Notes: a model not told the origin generated them from the sequence alone. Positions 1 to 13,960 are shown, counted from the first letter of the stretch. The stretch is 64,000 nucleotides of DNA from Octopus sinensis (GCF_006345805.1 NC_043001.1:132308001-132372000), one strand, 5' to 3'. Numbers and translations are program-made.

Positions 1-179
1 AATGATCAGTGTATGCCTGTAGTTTATAAATGCACAGTAAGAAATCAACTATAATTAAATATTATATAGAGTACATAGCAACTTTTTATGAAAATTATAT
101 TTTACTAGCAATGCACTCCAGCATTACCCAAGTGTTACGACCTTCAGCCACATTGTATTATATACATACATATATACAT

Positions 180-214
<35 letters not shown>

Positions 215-2008
215 CTCAATTTTTGAGTCAAGTGGAATGTATGCACCACACACAATGCACTCCAGCATTGCCCAAGATCATTGGTGATAATAACACCACA
301 ACCAACTGATATTCCAGTATGTGTCTGATACGGAAAAATTGATTTGAAATTGTACCAATCAGTGAACACAGTGTGCATCCTGACCAATGAAAGGACACGT
401 ACTGTGGGTGGGGGTGGACTCAGTGTGTATGTGACCTTAATTTGCTCTTGCATAGATGCACGATGTTGTTATTGTCTTCTCCATCACACCACCCATGTTA
501 TAGTACACGCTCAACCACTGTGAAAAATAGGGAGATTATAGCAAAATCCTTACAAACATTGTGGCTCATGGAATAAATATATTTCTTTATTATTAATTTG
601 GCAATCCATGTGCAAACCGTTTTCTGTAACGGTGAGTTCTAATACCAATTAACTTTACTTGTGTAAGTAGTTTTTTTCTTTAAGGCTCTACCTGTTAATA
701 ATTTGATTTTGTAATCCTTTATTTTCTCCAATTGCCTTTCAAGCCATTTAATTTAATTCATTTATACTTTTTATTAAGATAGCCTTACAACATGGTTCTT
801 ACATCATTGCCACTTGTCCTATATCACTGTGGTGCTTACATACTGCCACTTGTGAACATGATATAATTATCTGAACTAGTAAATTATAAACCTTTAAGTA
901 TTTTGTATTTTAACAAATTTCATATTCTGTAAGGTCATAAGGTTTAAGGTTTTCGGGTACTCATCAGTAAAATGTAGTGAGTTAAGCAATAACAATCTAC
1001 TGTTTTATCTAAGATGCTACAGGCATGCTTTCAGGACCAGATTTTATGAGTGGTGACTTCAGTTAAACTGCTTAGTATTACTGCTTCACTTTAGTATTAA
1101 AGGAAGCTATTGCAATTCAATATTACGGATTATCATGTAATTTCATTGACTTCACATCATCGTAGCTAGCACTAAATCCATAGTTGATCATTTTATATGA
1201 ATGAACGTTAATGTTTTATATAAAATAATGCTGAAATTAATTTTCAAAATAATCATGAAATCAGTTAGAAATAATTAATTATAAACTAATATCAGTCTCT
1301 AATGAAATTTTATCAATTCAGACCAATTTTGAATAAAAAGACTAGATTGCTACACAATTCTTTGATGTTATTCAAATTAGCTTAATCCACATCTCAAATC
1401 GGTTAAGGAATTGACATTTATTCATTTACCATGTCTCAGTAATACCTTCATGATTACTGGACCAATTAGTATGTCTTTTAGTCACTTCTCCAGTTTCATA
1501 AGAAAATGTAAAGGTCAGCCAATAAATAAAGAGAAATTTTCAGTGAAATATATTTGAGAATCTCAAAGATTCATTAATAAAATTTCTTTCAAACAGTCCA
1601 GGTTCTATAAAAGGCACTTTTTTTTTTTGACATTTCTTATTTGGTCTGATTGCCTATTGCTTAGATTCATTTATTCTTCATCTATTTATGATTTTCATAT
1701 TAATGAAACCTAGTCAGAAGTAATGTATCTAATTTAAGATTTCTATTTTAATGAGACTTCTTATTCTTCCATAAAATGCACATATAACCTATTTGGCATA
1801 TTAAAACAGAAACTTTAGAGAAAGTATGTGTATTTCCACAGAATTCTCCTTGTCCATCACCACAAGTATTAACAAAATAACAAAATGTTTACATGATCAC
1901 CTAACCTCCTCAATATACTTTCATACTGTACAATGACTTCTGGTGTTGCACTTTACTAAACTGAATCTCAAAATAATTATGCTATTAGAATTGTGGATTC
2001 TGCCAAAG

Positions 2009-2300
2009 CATCATCATCATCATTGTTCGACCGTTGTCGAGACAATGGAATTTACCATGCTACACCAGACTTCACGGTCCATCATAGCATTACGGAGGTC
2101 CTGTTGCTGGATGCCTGTATCCCTGGAGATTACATCAGGGTAGGAGAGTGTGTGCCCTCTGGTATTGCGAGTAGATGGCTTCCAGAGGAGAAGAGTAGAA
2201 ATTGCCTCGTTTTCAGCTCTACAACAATGTCCAGCAAACTGGACTCTCCTACCTTTCACAAGAGATGACACAGGTGGGAGTTTCCCATATATTTGCATTT
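2009..2300 (-). mobile_element. 5'-truncated RTE/RTE-X-clade LINE 3' end with (TGA)n tail
   Basis: Minus ORF QIYGKLPPVSSLVKGRRVQFAGHCCR...LLLWKP...DREVW resembles the RTE ORF2 C-terminus; tail appears as (CAT)n at 2009-2023. Confidence 0.75.
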
Positions 2301-2699
2301 TGGTTGGATGATGCTAGTTGAGTGCTTTGGCAAGTATACTTGACAGATACTTGCCGAAGCACTCAACTAGCTGTTTGTGTATTGTTGGTTTTAAATGATG
2401 CCACTCAAATTTTATGGAAGCCCCACAGTGTAAATTGTAAGCTCTCAACAAACTATGTATACAAAACAATTTAAATTTCTCATCATAACTTTTTATGCTA
2501 ATTCTCACTTCCCATTACCCAACATAAAGTCACAAAGTGGTTTATGAATTAGTGGTACCTCAGTCAGAAAAAGACAAGCAGTTGTTTCTATTTATTACAC
2601 ATGTCCAAGGAGTAGAAATATTATTTAGACTTAACCATTCTTAAATACTTGTCTTTCCCTAATGTACAGCCATTACAAGGAGATAATAATCTTCTTCTA

Positions 2700-3003
2700 C
2701 AAAACTGGCATTCTGTTGGTTATGATGATGAGCTTTACAGTTGATCCAGTCAACAGAACAGCCTGCTCATGAAATTAACGTGCAAAGGGCTGAGCACTTA
2801 ACAAACATGTGTACCATCAACATAGTTCTCAAGAAGATTCAGTATGACACAAAATGTCAAGTACTAATCATTTTTACCAGCTGAGTGGACTAGAGCGATT
2901 AAATAAAGTGTCTTGCTCAAGGACGCAATGTACTGCCAGGAATCAAACTCACAAGCTTAAGATTGTGAGCCAAATACCTTTTACCACTAAGCCATGCACC
3001 TTC
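2700..3003 (-). mobile_element. Older tRNA-derived SINE sharing its 3' body with 5760-6142
   Basis: Shared aacagcctgctcatgaaattaacgtg...gagcac body; degenerate A/B-box head at the right end. Confidence 0.6.
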
Positions 3004-3852
3004 ACAATTTCTTTCTAATATTTGCTAGAATTAGAAATTTTATTCAAGAAATTATAAAGAAAAAGAGGCACACAATTCATATAAATATTTTTTTTGTCAA
3101 CTTAAAGTTCCTGAAATTTTTAGTCAGTGATTATTTATGTACAGCACAATTTCAATCTTTTTAGAAATCCTCAGCATGACACAAACTGGAATCAGATAAA
3201 CATTTTATGAAACCAAATATTTCTTTACTAAAAATATTTAGAAGGAAAGATATTTAAACAAAAATAATCTCGGTGCCCACTAAGAAATTAATTCATTTTT
3301 CCCATTTCAAAATCTTGTTGGATCATCATGAAGGTTTCAACTTGCATTTCTAAAGACTTTAAATAAAGCTAATGAATGCAAAACATTTCAAATTCCAGTA
3401 GATTCTAATATTTAAAGTCAGCTAGTTTAAAACTAATGAAGTGCAACAAACAGCCCTACAATAAAACTAATTATTTTCAAAATTTCATTATTATTTATTA
3501 GGTTCTAGCTTCAATAAATACAGTTTGGTGTGTAAATCATGCTGCCTCAAATGCAAATATATGAAGAAAATACTTAGCAGTTTTCCACATTGCATATAAA
3601 ATAATTGATAAATTATTTTTAGACAAAAGCCTGTCTCAATCTTATTAAAATTCATAATTTTCTAGTTCATACTATTATAACGTTTTGCAAGAGATTAAAG
3701 CTCTAGATTATTACAAGAAAAATCTTACACACTGGAAAACAAAAACAAATATTTAATAAAGAAAAGAGCACATGTAGAGATACAGTGGTAGTAGAAATGT
3801 TTATAATAGAACTTTAAAAATCACAAGGATGCAGGAAAATACTTCAAATTAC

Positions 3853-3968
3853 CCGCAAGTTTTCTCTTTCTCTCTTCAGCGAGTTTCATTTTTTTCTTCC
3901 TTCTCTCTTTTACTTCTTTGTTGTTGACATTTTCCCCACCAACCATTTGTTGTTGAAGTACAAGCAAT
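3853..3968 (-). CDS. KIF17: Internal exon of kinesin-2 (KIF17/OSM-3-like) stalk: (R)LLVLQQQMVGGENVNNKEVKERRKKKMKLAEERKRKLA
   Basis: Minus strand ctctctgttatttcag|A...GCGG|gtaatt; 116 nt, phase 2 to 1, open. The peptide matches the KIF17/OSM-3 post-hinge motif as I recall it (LEQQVVGGEQAKNKDLKEKHKRRKRYADERRKQL); KIF3A/B differ here. Confidence 0.82.
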
Positions 3969-5759
3969 CTGAAATAACAGAGAGTGTTGTGACAGCTACC
4001 ACCATTGCCTCGGGAATTAACTTAGCATTTGAGAGAATGGCAATAGAAACTTTAGGAGAAGTATACACACACACACACACACGCACACACATACATGTAT
4101 ACAATATATCCACATATATATAGAAATATCTGTATATATGCATGTATGCATATATAGGTGTGTATATACATATATATTTGTGTGTGTGTGTATACATATA
4201 TATTTTTTGAAGTAGAACACAAAATAAGACAAAAACCACACATAACAGGTAAGTCAGTTTAAGAGAATGAATAACCACTAAAAGCTCAAAAGAAGAGCAA
4301 AACATGGAAAGACAAAGAGAATTATGGGAACATCTTCAGTTCAACATTATCATTAAAAAAATTCAAAAATTAATAAAATTCAAATGCAACTGTATTATTT
4401 ATTATGTTCAATGGACAAAAGAAATCTGGAATTTTAATAAAGCCATTTTGATAAATTGTTCTTACAAAGAAATTGAAAAACTTTATTTTTGTAAATTAAA
4501 AGTACATTCAATAACATCAAAAACAAAAGAAAGCAAAAATTCTTTAGATTGAAAATGGACAGGAGTTGTCAATTTGTGAAAACAACATATGTGTGTGGAT
4601 TAGAATTTTACAACTTGTTCTTTCAAATGGGATTTATAGAAAACAGAACATTGTTCTAATGATTGTGCAGCTTAAATAAAACTCAACTGAAAGAATAATG
4701 ACAAAAACTACACTGTAATAATCACTTGCTATTTTAGAATATTTTGAAAACTTAAAACACTTTTCTAAGTGTTAAGTGACTACAGGAGGATGCATGCAAG
4801 CATAACTCTATACACACATCTTGATGCTATACAGCAGAACATCTTGCAAAGTATACACTATAAAGTTTAGTATATGATACTTTTAACATTTCACTGATCA
4901 ATAGTTTCAAATATAATAAAAGTAATTTAAAAACTATAATCACTGTGAGATTAATTTTATCATTTTGTAATTTTCACAATGTATTTGATGCAATATGTGA
5001 CAATGTATTTGATGCAATTTGAACCTTAACTCTATCCTTCCAATATTAGCATGAGCCTCATATAAAAGTATAAAAGCATAGCCATAACACCCTATGAAGC
5101 TAAATATAATTTACAAATTTAGAAAAATATCTGCTGTATGCTTTATAGCAACATTTCTGATATATTACAGTATATCACTATACATACCATAAGTCAATTA
5201 ATAACTGGCAACATGTGACTTGCTGTAAAATAATTGATACTTGTGTGATATCATTGCCTTGTGGCTAGAGCATTACACTTACAATTGTGAAATTGTGGCT
5301 TTGATTTCTGAACTGTGTGCTATGTTTTGTTCTTGAGCAAAACACTTCATCTCATGTTGCTCTGTGATCGCTTTGACATCTGACATGTGGCATATTGTAG
5401 ACCATTACAGGCAATGTCGATCTGATAGAGGAAGTGAGATAATGTACAACACAAATATTTTGTCATATAAATAAATCAGCCATGCAGATTGTTCAGCAAG
5501 AAAGTGCAGAACTGTCTTTTTCAGACTTGAGAGACAACCATTTAATGATATCACTAGTATTTACACTACATCAACCAGGCATATTAGATGTTTATAATAA
5601 TAAGTAATTGGCAGTGTTTTGTGCCTGTTTGAAACGTTTAGGCTGAAGTTTAATAATCAAGATTGTATTGCTTAGTAATGTGTTCCACTGGATACTAGCA
5701 TGGCCATTAAAGGAATACTGAGGTGGCATCAGTGTTAAGTGCCAGACTACTCATATGGA

Positions 5760-6142
5760 TGGAAGCACTCCGTCGGTTACGACGACGAGGGTTCTGGTTG
5801 ATCCGATCAACGGAACAGCCTGCTCATGAAATTAACGTGTAAGTGGCTGAGCACTCCACAGACACGTGTACCCTTAACGCAGTTCTCGGGGATATTCAGC
5901 GTGACACAGAGTGTGACAAGGCTGGCCCTTTGAAATACAGGTACAACAGAAACAGGAAGTAAGAGTGAGAAAAGGTTGTGGTGAAAGAGTACAGCAGGGA
6001 TCACCACCATCCCTGCCGGAGCCTCGTGGAGCTTTAGGTGTTTTCGTTCAATAAACACTCACAACGCCCGGTCTGGGAATCGAAACCGCGATCCTATGAC
6101 CGCGAGTCCGCTGCCCTAACCACTGGGCCATTGCGCCTCCAC
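5760..6142 (-). mobile_element. Young tRNA(Arg)-like-headed SINE
   Basis: Minus-strand head GGCGCAATGGCCCAGTGGTTAGGGCAGCGGACTCGCGG...GGTTTCGATTCC (A and B boxes, TCG in the anticodon-like loop) followed by ~320 nt of non-tRNA body. Confidence 0.8.
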
Positions 6143-6566
6143 TTGTCATATATGCAGACTAACATTGCACATCCAATAGAACATGCTGTCTTCATCTCTT
6201 TCAAGCCTCCACATATCCACTGCTGTCACAGTCCATGTTTTGCTGTCATGTAGCATAGTTGTCCACACACAAGCATCATATCACAAGCGTAGCATACAAA
6301 GGTTTGAGAAAAAAAAGGGCAGGGAGAATGATAGAGGAAGGCCTCCAGGGATAATCGAGGAAGCCCACTGTCTGAGATTTCTCTGAAACCCTAGGAGCAA
6401 GTGTCCTCTCCAATTCCTTCTCTCCAACTCACAGGTCCACTCTTGCCATTTTAGCAACTTTCACTCATCTTTCAATAAACTCACTCGAAGACAGTGTTTC
6501 CCTCTCTACTCTCAATTTCCCTTTCAATTAAAACTCAAAGAAGTCAATGAGAGCTCTACCAAAGAG

Positions 6567-6620
<54 letters not shown>

Positions 6621-7209
6621 TAATTTCAAGTTTTGGGACAAGGCCAACAATTTTGGAGGGGGATAAGTTGATTACATCGACCCCAGTGCTCAACTGGTAC
6701 TTATTTTATCAGCCTCAAAGGATAAAAGCCAAAGTTGACCTTGGTGGAATTTGAACTCAGAACTCAAAGACAGATGAAATGTTACTAAGTATTTTGCCAG
6801 TGTGGTAACAGAGCTGCCAGCTTGTCACTTTCATGAGTGCCTAAACATATACCACAAAACATGTTTTTGGAATGCTATAACAATTCTGCTAATCCACTGC
6901 TCTCACTTTCTTCATAATAATTCTTTCTTCAATAAGCATAAGGCCTGAAATTTAAACACAGAATGTAAAGCTAGAAGAAATGCTGCTGAGCTTTTTGTCC
7001 AGTGTGCTAACGATCTGCCAGCTCACCATATTCTTAATAATTTTTTTAAATTTTGGCACAAAGCCAGCAATTTTAGAGGAGAGGGTCAGTCAATCACGTT
7101 GACCCCAGTACTTCACTGCTACTTTATTTTATCAATACTTAAAAAGGAACAAAGTCAAAACTGACCTCAGCAGAATTTGAACTCAGAATATAAAAGAGCT
7201 GAAAACTTA

Positions 7210-7447
7210 AATACCTATTTCTTTACTACCCACAAGGGGCTAAACATAGAGGGGACAAACAAGGACAGACATAGGTATTAAGTCGATTACATCGACCCCA
7301 GTGCATAACTGGTACTTAATTTATCGACCCCGAAAGGATGAAAGGCAAAGTCGACCTCGGCGGGATTTGAACTCAGAACATAGCGACAGACGAAATACGG
7401 CTACGCATTTCGCCTGGCGTGCTAACGTTTCTGTCAGCTCACCGCCT
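7210..7447 (-). mobile_element. Young MetaSINE-like element nested in an older copy
   Basis: tRNA-like head plus Meta-like domain (gtcgactttgcctttcatcctttcggggtcgataaattaagtacc); 22-bp TSD aagagctgaaaa(c/a)ttaaatacc at 7194-7215 and 7449-7470. Confidence 0.8.
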
Positions 7448-8011
7448 TAAGAGCTGAAAAATTAAATACCACAAGGTATTTTACCAGATGTTTCAAGGTT
7501 TCTGCCAAAGATTAAAATAATAATTGTTTGTCATAGACATAAGTCCTAAAAGTCAACCTCAGTCTTGGTTGGTATTATATTTTATTCACCCCACCCCCAG
7601 AGGAATCAAAGACAAAGTTGACCCCAAAAGAATTTGAACTCAGAATGTAAAGATCTAGAACAAATAATGCAAGGCCTTTTATCCAATGTCCTAATGATCC
7701 TGCTAATTCACTGCATTTACTGTTCATTAAATATAATTTTCCTAAATTTACATTTATTTCTTTTAATAGATTTTTTTAATTGCAATGATTAACAAATAAA
7801 AAGATTAAGTTACTCAAAGATGCCTTTGCTAATAGAAAATATTTAAAACATTAACATAATGTTTATGATCAAGAAACTTAGCTCACAGTATACCAAGAAG
7901 ACAGTTGTAGCTCTGTAAAATTCATGTAAAATTGACAACCATTGAGCTATGTTTTTGGTAGGTAAATTGAGATAAAGCTACAGATGACTGAATCAATATG
8001 GTATTTGACAA

Positions 8012-8240
8012 CGGCGAGCTGGCAGAAACGTTAGCACGCCGGGCGAAATGCGTAGCAGGATTTCGTCTGTCGTTACGTTGTGAGTTCAAATTCCGCTGAG
8101 GTCGACTTTGCCTTTCATCCTTTCGGGGTCGATAAATTAAGTACCAGTTACGCACTGGGGTCGATGTAATCGACTTAATACCTACGTCTGTCCTTGTTTG
8201 TCCTCTCTCTGTTTAGCCCCTTGTGGGTAATAAAGAAATA
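8012..8240 (+). mobile_element. Young MetaSINE-like element
   Basis: Same family; 12-bp TSD ggtatttgacaa at 8000-8011 and 8241-8252. Confidence 0.85.
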
Positions 8241-8476
8241 GGTATTTGACAATTAACTGAGAGGTTTGGTGGTTCATATTTTACCACTGATTTGCAATGT
8301 TGGTTTCAAATCCTCTAATGGGAGATATTACCTATGAATAACTGGTATCCTAGCCAAATGAGATTTATGTTTTGTCTACTATCATGCTATCATGAGAGGT
8401 TCATGAAAATATTAACAATCTGTTTCATACTGTTAATTTAAGTGTGTTGTCTCACTGTTAAAAAAAGAGCAACAAT

Positions 8477-8843
8477 AGGCGCAGGAGTGGTTGTGTGGTA
8501 AGTAGCTTGCTAACCAACCACATGGTTCCGGGTTCAGTCCCACTGCGTGGCACCTTGGGCAAGTGCCTTCTGCTATAGCCCCGGGCCGACCAATGCCTTG
8601 TGAGTGAATTTGGTAGACGGAAACTGAAAGAAGCCTGTCGTATATATGTATGTATATATGTATATTTGTGTGTGCGTTTGTGTGTTTACGTCCCCGTCAC
8701 TTAGCGGTTCGACAAAAGAGACCGATAGAATAAGTACTGGGCTTACAAAGAATAAGTCCCTGGGTCGATTTGCTCGACTAAAGGCAGTGCTCCAGCATGG
8801 CCGCAGTCAAAATGACTGAAACAAGTAAAAGAGTAAAAGAGTA
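8477..8843 (+). mobile_element. tRNA-SINE family A (CORE-like ccttgggcaagt core, internal TA/TG microsatellite, (GTAAAAGA)n tail)
   Basis: A box tggctgtgtgg-like, B box ggttcagtcc; TSD aaaagagcaacaa; many near-identical copies in the window. Confidence 0.85.
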
Positions 8844-9716
8844 AAAGAGCAACAAAAAAAAAACATTACTGAAAGACTTTGAATTTAAGTCTTTTCAGAG
8901 AGTAATTTTTATTGTAAAGCAAAATAATCTAGTATAGTTCAATAAGTCCTTGGCCACTATATATCCCATAAGATTATGCAGGTAATCTTAGCAACTGCAG
9001 CTATAATTAAATAGTTTTTAATGATCACTTGGAATATTTAATCAATAAATTTCATCAAATTTTAGTTCTTTATCAATTTTTATATATGAACGAAGAGATG
9101 AATTAGTTCCTATATAAATCTTGTATATCATGTATAAGTTTGATAAGCTTTTGTTCTATAAAGTTATCTAAATATTCTTGGAAAACAAAATTGTCAATAG
9201 TTTTTACATCACATTTTTATCTAATGAAAATATAAACAAAAATATAACAATAAATACACACAAGTAAACAAAAAAATTGTAAAAAAATATATTTAAAAAA
9301 ATTACAGATAATCTGGTGAAAAGACCAAAGCATTGATTAGTCTGGAATCTTTGTTAAGATTAGAGGAACAAAAAGTAGAAAATATCATATTTGACAAATA
9401 TAGTATAGGAAAATAAATAAAAGATGTATCACTGTATACATTAATACTGATAGAACTAAGGTGATGATCCTTAACCACATTGATAGTGACATTATTTGAT
9501 ATACTTTATTACACAGCAACAAAGATGTTGAAAACTTTCCCCAATGAGGGTCAATAAATAGATTCTTGATTCAGTTAGCCACTATGTAACTTTAGAATTA
9601 GGCCTTTCATGTCATCACTCGGTGTTATAATACATGAAAATAAAATATATTTTAAAGCAATTAATTATTGAAAAACTAACACTCACAAGCATCAAATTGT
9701 GCTTTTCTTTTTATAG

Positions 9717-9753
9717 ATTCAATCCTGGCTAGCAGATTGGGATAATTAGTGGA
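9717..9753 (+). other. Candidate 5'UTR exon of nested + strand gene
   Basis: cttttctttttatag|ATTC...GGA|gtaagc: strong splice sites, stops in all three frames, 243 nt upstream of the ATG exon. Confidence 0.4.
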
Positions 9754-10018
9754 GTAAGCTGGAATATAATTACCAGTAAAGTCATCATAACATACAGTTC
9801 AAATCTTAGGTTGAACAGACTATATAATTGCTGTTATGAAGTTTGTTACAAATCAGTCAGTTTTATATTTTATATACATACAAACTTTTTTTAAAATAAA
9901 TTCCACAACTAAAATAAAAGTTGGTTTTTTTGTCTTTAATTTCAACTCTTTGTTGATGATTTTTCATGGAACATATTAACAATTTCATTTTACTAGAAAT
10001 CCACCTGACCACTGCACT

Positions 10019-10061
10019 ATGGAAAATGGAGAAGACTGCTGTTTGATACAGGAGAGCAAAG
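10019..10061 (+). CDS. Nested orphan gene, first coding exon (exon 9997-10061): MENGEDCCLIQESK
   Basis: tttcattttactag| acceptor at 9996; actATGG Kozak-like context; AAAG|gtgagt donor; phase 1. Confidence 0.5.
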
Positions 10062-10180
10062 GTGAGTAATGTTGCAAGCAGATCTTATAATAACATTCAG
10101 TGATTCACCTATTTCTATAATAGCCATACATCCATCCAACCATCCACACATTCATATACACATACATTGGTCCCACAAAT

Positions 10181-10211
<31 letters not shown>

Positions 10212-10339
10212 TAATAATAAATATTAGGGAATAAATCCAAACTTACAGGGAAAAATCAGATTTAGGATTAAATCCAATTTTATAGTAAAATATTATATTA
10301 TATTAAATTAGAGACAAAACCATATGGTTTTGTCTCTAA

Positions 10340-10370
<31 letters not shown>

Positions 10371-12179
10371 ATCATCACATTAGTGAGGCCACTGTATGAC
10401 CATCCAATCAGTCACAAATAATTTTAATCTTACTTCAGATTTACCACACTTAAAATTATTGTATGTATTGGTAAAAGTTGACATAAGCCTCCTTCTATTA
10501 AAACAAGAAACAACAAATTACAAACAATTCAAAATGCTACAAATAACAGCCAAATCCTCCTTAAATATCATCATAAAAAGGACACCAAAGTTATGAGTAG
10601 AGTATCATTGATTATAGAGTTCTTTCATTAGGGTTCACCAGAGGTTAGACAACAACAAGCAATTTACGAGTAATACACTTTCTAGTTGTTTGGTTAGCCA
10701 AACACATATAAAGAAAAGTCTACAGCCTTATAAGTGAATTAGTTAGATGGAAACTGAAAGAAGCCTTATGTGTGTTTGTGTGTGTATTTATATATGCTTA
10801 TGTATAAAAGTGTTTGAGTGTACCCATTTCTAGACATAACTGTTGTAAACAAGTATCATCATCATACAAGCAAAGTTGTTCATTTCCAGTCTTCTAGGAA
10901 AAACATTCTGGCCATGGAAAAAATCTAACTTGGAAACAGGTGAGGGTTGATCTTAGGAAGGAGATCCAGGTGTAGAAAACCTGCCGCGACAAATTCAATT
11001 TGACCAATGTAAATACAACAAAATGGATAATTGTCACATATTATATTTACAGATATATATATATAAAAGTATTTTTAGAGACAAAACCACCCTCAACTCA
11101 ATCAACATTGAAAGATATTAAAATATCTAAAACTACTTTTATATATATATGAATAAAATATTGAGAGAACTTCACTTTAGTACCTTTAATTTGAATGTCT
11201 CATTCCTGTGGACATGGAAGTAATCTTCCCTAATAATTATAATATATATATATATAGTAAGAGAGAGAGAGAGAGAGAAGGAGAGACAGAGAGAAAACCA
11301 TGATACATATACATACATGCATAGACAGTTATACACATGTACAAACATATGCATATACACATATATATTTGTGTGGGTGTATGTATGAGTACTCACAAAA
11401 CAGATAAGTGAGGTAGGGAGGAAAGAAAGATGTGAATTTTTATATTACAGCAAAAGGAAGTAATGCAAAGGAAAGACTGTCAGTTCTGAAGAATTCCTAT
11501 ATCACTCAGCATTGTGAATTTCTTTTCTGAGACAAAGACAAAACACTTCCATTTGAAGCCATCCAATTCAGGAAGAGCAAACCAAATGCTAAGGATGTAC
11601 TGAGCATCTACTTAACAGAGAACTTCTGTTTTAGACAATTCTATGCATAATGCTTTATTCAAAGTTGTAAAGAAGAGCAGTACTACAGTTCTTTTGGAAC
11701 AAGAATACTGAATTTGATGGTGAGAAATTATTTCATTGTCAGCTATGTTTATAAAGACTATTCCATAAATTATTTGCCAGCTGCTGTATTTTTGTCTATT
11801 TTCCTTTTCAGTTTGATTATTTTTAAGAATTAAACATTGATTCTGTATCTTTTATGATTCCAAATCAATATATTTATTGCTTAAAGGCAATGTAGTGGAA
11901 CAAATGGTGGAGTACCCTATTAAATGCCTTAAAGAATTTTGTTTCAGTCTTTTATGTTAAGAGTCTGAAAACTGCCTGTGAAAAGGAATACAAGTTCTAG
12001 TTTGTTCAATGCTAATGTGGTCAGTAATATCAGTAATATATTGGTGTCAATACACTGTAAAATAAATAACTCAACTATGTCGTTTCTGACACCTTTTTGA
12101 GATGGGATGATAAGAGGAGGAGGAATGAATGAGTGGACATGGCACAAGACCAGCCAGCTCCAAGGAGTTGCAGCTACTG

Positions 12180-12225
<46 letters not shown>

Positions 12226-12399
12226 GAAAGAGTGAGAGAAAAATAGGGAGAGACAGAATGAGGGAGAGAAAGAGATGGCGAAACAGAGAGAGAGAGAGAA
12301 AGGAGATAGTACATCAATTGGCCAGAGATTGGAGGATGGCCACTGTGATTGCAGTAGAAAATACAAAGAGGAGACAGCTATGCATATATGTATACAAGT

Positions 12400-12471
12400 A
12401 ATGTACCGAACTCAAAACGGAATATTATATATCCTCAACTGCACCGAGTAAAACCAGGCTTAGCTGCTAGT
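12400..12471 (+). mobile_element. Possible Helitron 3' terminus
   Basis: Degenerate GC-richer hairpin followed by CTAG-T into (TA)n. Confidence 0.25.
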
Positions 12472-12490
12472 ATATATATGCATATATATA

Positions 12491-12526
<36 letters not shown>

Positions 12527-12749
12527 CACACACACATATATAAATGTCAAATGATGAAATGAGTTCTCAACACTGCATTAGTGGATATATGATTTCTTTA
12601 TTCGGGAATTAACACTACCATTGGTCTCATGGTGTATATATATATAGTGATTATATAGCACATGAAATGATGGTGTAGTGTATTCAGGTTGAAGGCAATT
12701 GTATGTTTATGAGTTATGCCAAATGTGGGCTTTCTTTTCAGATACATGC

Positions 12750-13135
12750 CATTACAAACCTTCAAATCCTTGCTTTCAAATGCCTCTTTCCATTTCCAAA
12801 ACTTCTCACTCAATCCCTCCATCATCTCACTCATCAGAACAAGGCCATCTGCATACAGCATCTCCATTATCAATCCCTCTCTTGCACTCTCCATTACCAC
12901 ATCAACCACTATTGCAAACAACAAGGGTGACAACACAGATCCCTGATGCATGCCAACTTTCTCTGCAAACTCCTCTGACAGCTCTGATCCAACTCTAACT
13001 CTTATCTTTACCCCTTCATACAAACTCATACATGCTCTCACTATTACCTCTAGTACACCTCTCTTTCTCAATGCCCACTCAATCACCTTCCTTAAAACCC
13101 TATCAAATGTCTTCTCTAGATCAGTGAAGAACATT
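12750..13135 (-). mobile_element. RTE-clade LINE reverse transcriptase fragment
   Basis: DLEKTFDRV...GMHQGSVLSPLLF...LYADGLVL: RT motifs with YADD degraded. Confidence 0.85.
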
Positions 13136-13214
13136 TACAACCTATATACCAATATATACATATATATATATACATACATATATATCTAAATGTATGTGTG
13201 TATGTGTGTGTGTA

Positions 13215-13562
13215 TAAAGCACCATTTGAGCGTGATCATAACCAGCATTTGTGCCAGTGGCATGGGAAAAACATTCAAGTGAGGTTGTTGCTAGTGCTGC
13301 TGGACTGGCTCCTGTGGAGGTGGCATGTAAAAAACACGATTTGAGTGTGGCTGTTGCCAGTATCACCTGACTGACCCTCGTGCCGGTGGCACGTAAAAGC
13401 ACCCACTACACACTTGGAGTGTTTGGCGATAGGAAGGGCTTCCAGCTGTAGAAACTCTGCCAGATCAGATTGGAGCTTGGTGTAGCCATCTGGTTCGCCA
13501 GTCCTCAGTCAAACCGTCCAGCCCATGCTAGCATGGAAAGCAGATGTTAAACGATGATGATG
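13215..13562 (+). mobile_element. RTE 3'UTR-derived short element with (GAT)n tail
   Basis: Homologous to the 3' end of the RTE at 58366-58630. Confidence 0.7.
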
Positions 13563-13922
13563 TCTGTTTTGGCATAGTTTTTTTCAGCGGGATACCTTTT
13601 TCAAATGCCAACCATTTTACTGAGCATACTGGGTGCTTTTTCATGACACTAACACTAGTGAAGTCATCAAGTAAATTGTTAGACAAAGATAAAAACTCAA
13701 AGTGGAATTTCAGCAGAGGTGGGGTAGGTTTTATGCTGGTGGTGGGAGACTAAAGCATGATAGGAACGGGCCGGGCCGGTACAAGAGTCTTACTATCAAG
13801 GAAATACATGGCTACTTGCCATTGTATAAGGGTAGGTGGGAGTAGCTGGAAAGAAGATAAAGATGATGGTGATGAGTTACAAGAGCATAGTAATGAGATA
13901 GAGAGAGAGAGAGAGAGAGAGT

Positions 13923-13960
<38 letters not shown>

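Noticed and set aside
1428-1620. Minus-strand near-open frame (EPGLFERNFINES...YETGEVTKRHTNWSSNHE) as the next kinesin exon
   Set aside because: It has an internal stop and no KIF17 tail similarity; at best a decayed Tc1/mariner-like relic that I cannot support.
3800-4080. Plus-strand open frame DIFPTNHLLLKYKQSEITESVV...
   Set aside because: Antisense shadow of the KIF17-like exon; no good donor and it runs into (CA)n.
4976-5018. Short direct duplications (also 109-132/253-276, ~35583-35627, ~38228-38260, 61541-61598)
   Set aside because: Ordinary slippage or repair duplications with no further structure.
6075-6140. tRNA-Arg gene
   Set aside because: Anticodon and acceptor stems do not pair properly, and it continues into a SINE body found elsewhere in the window.
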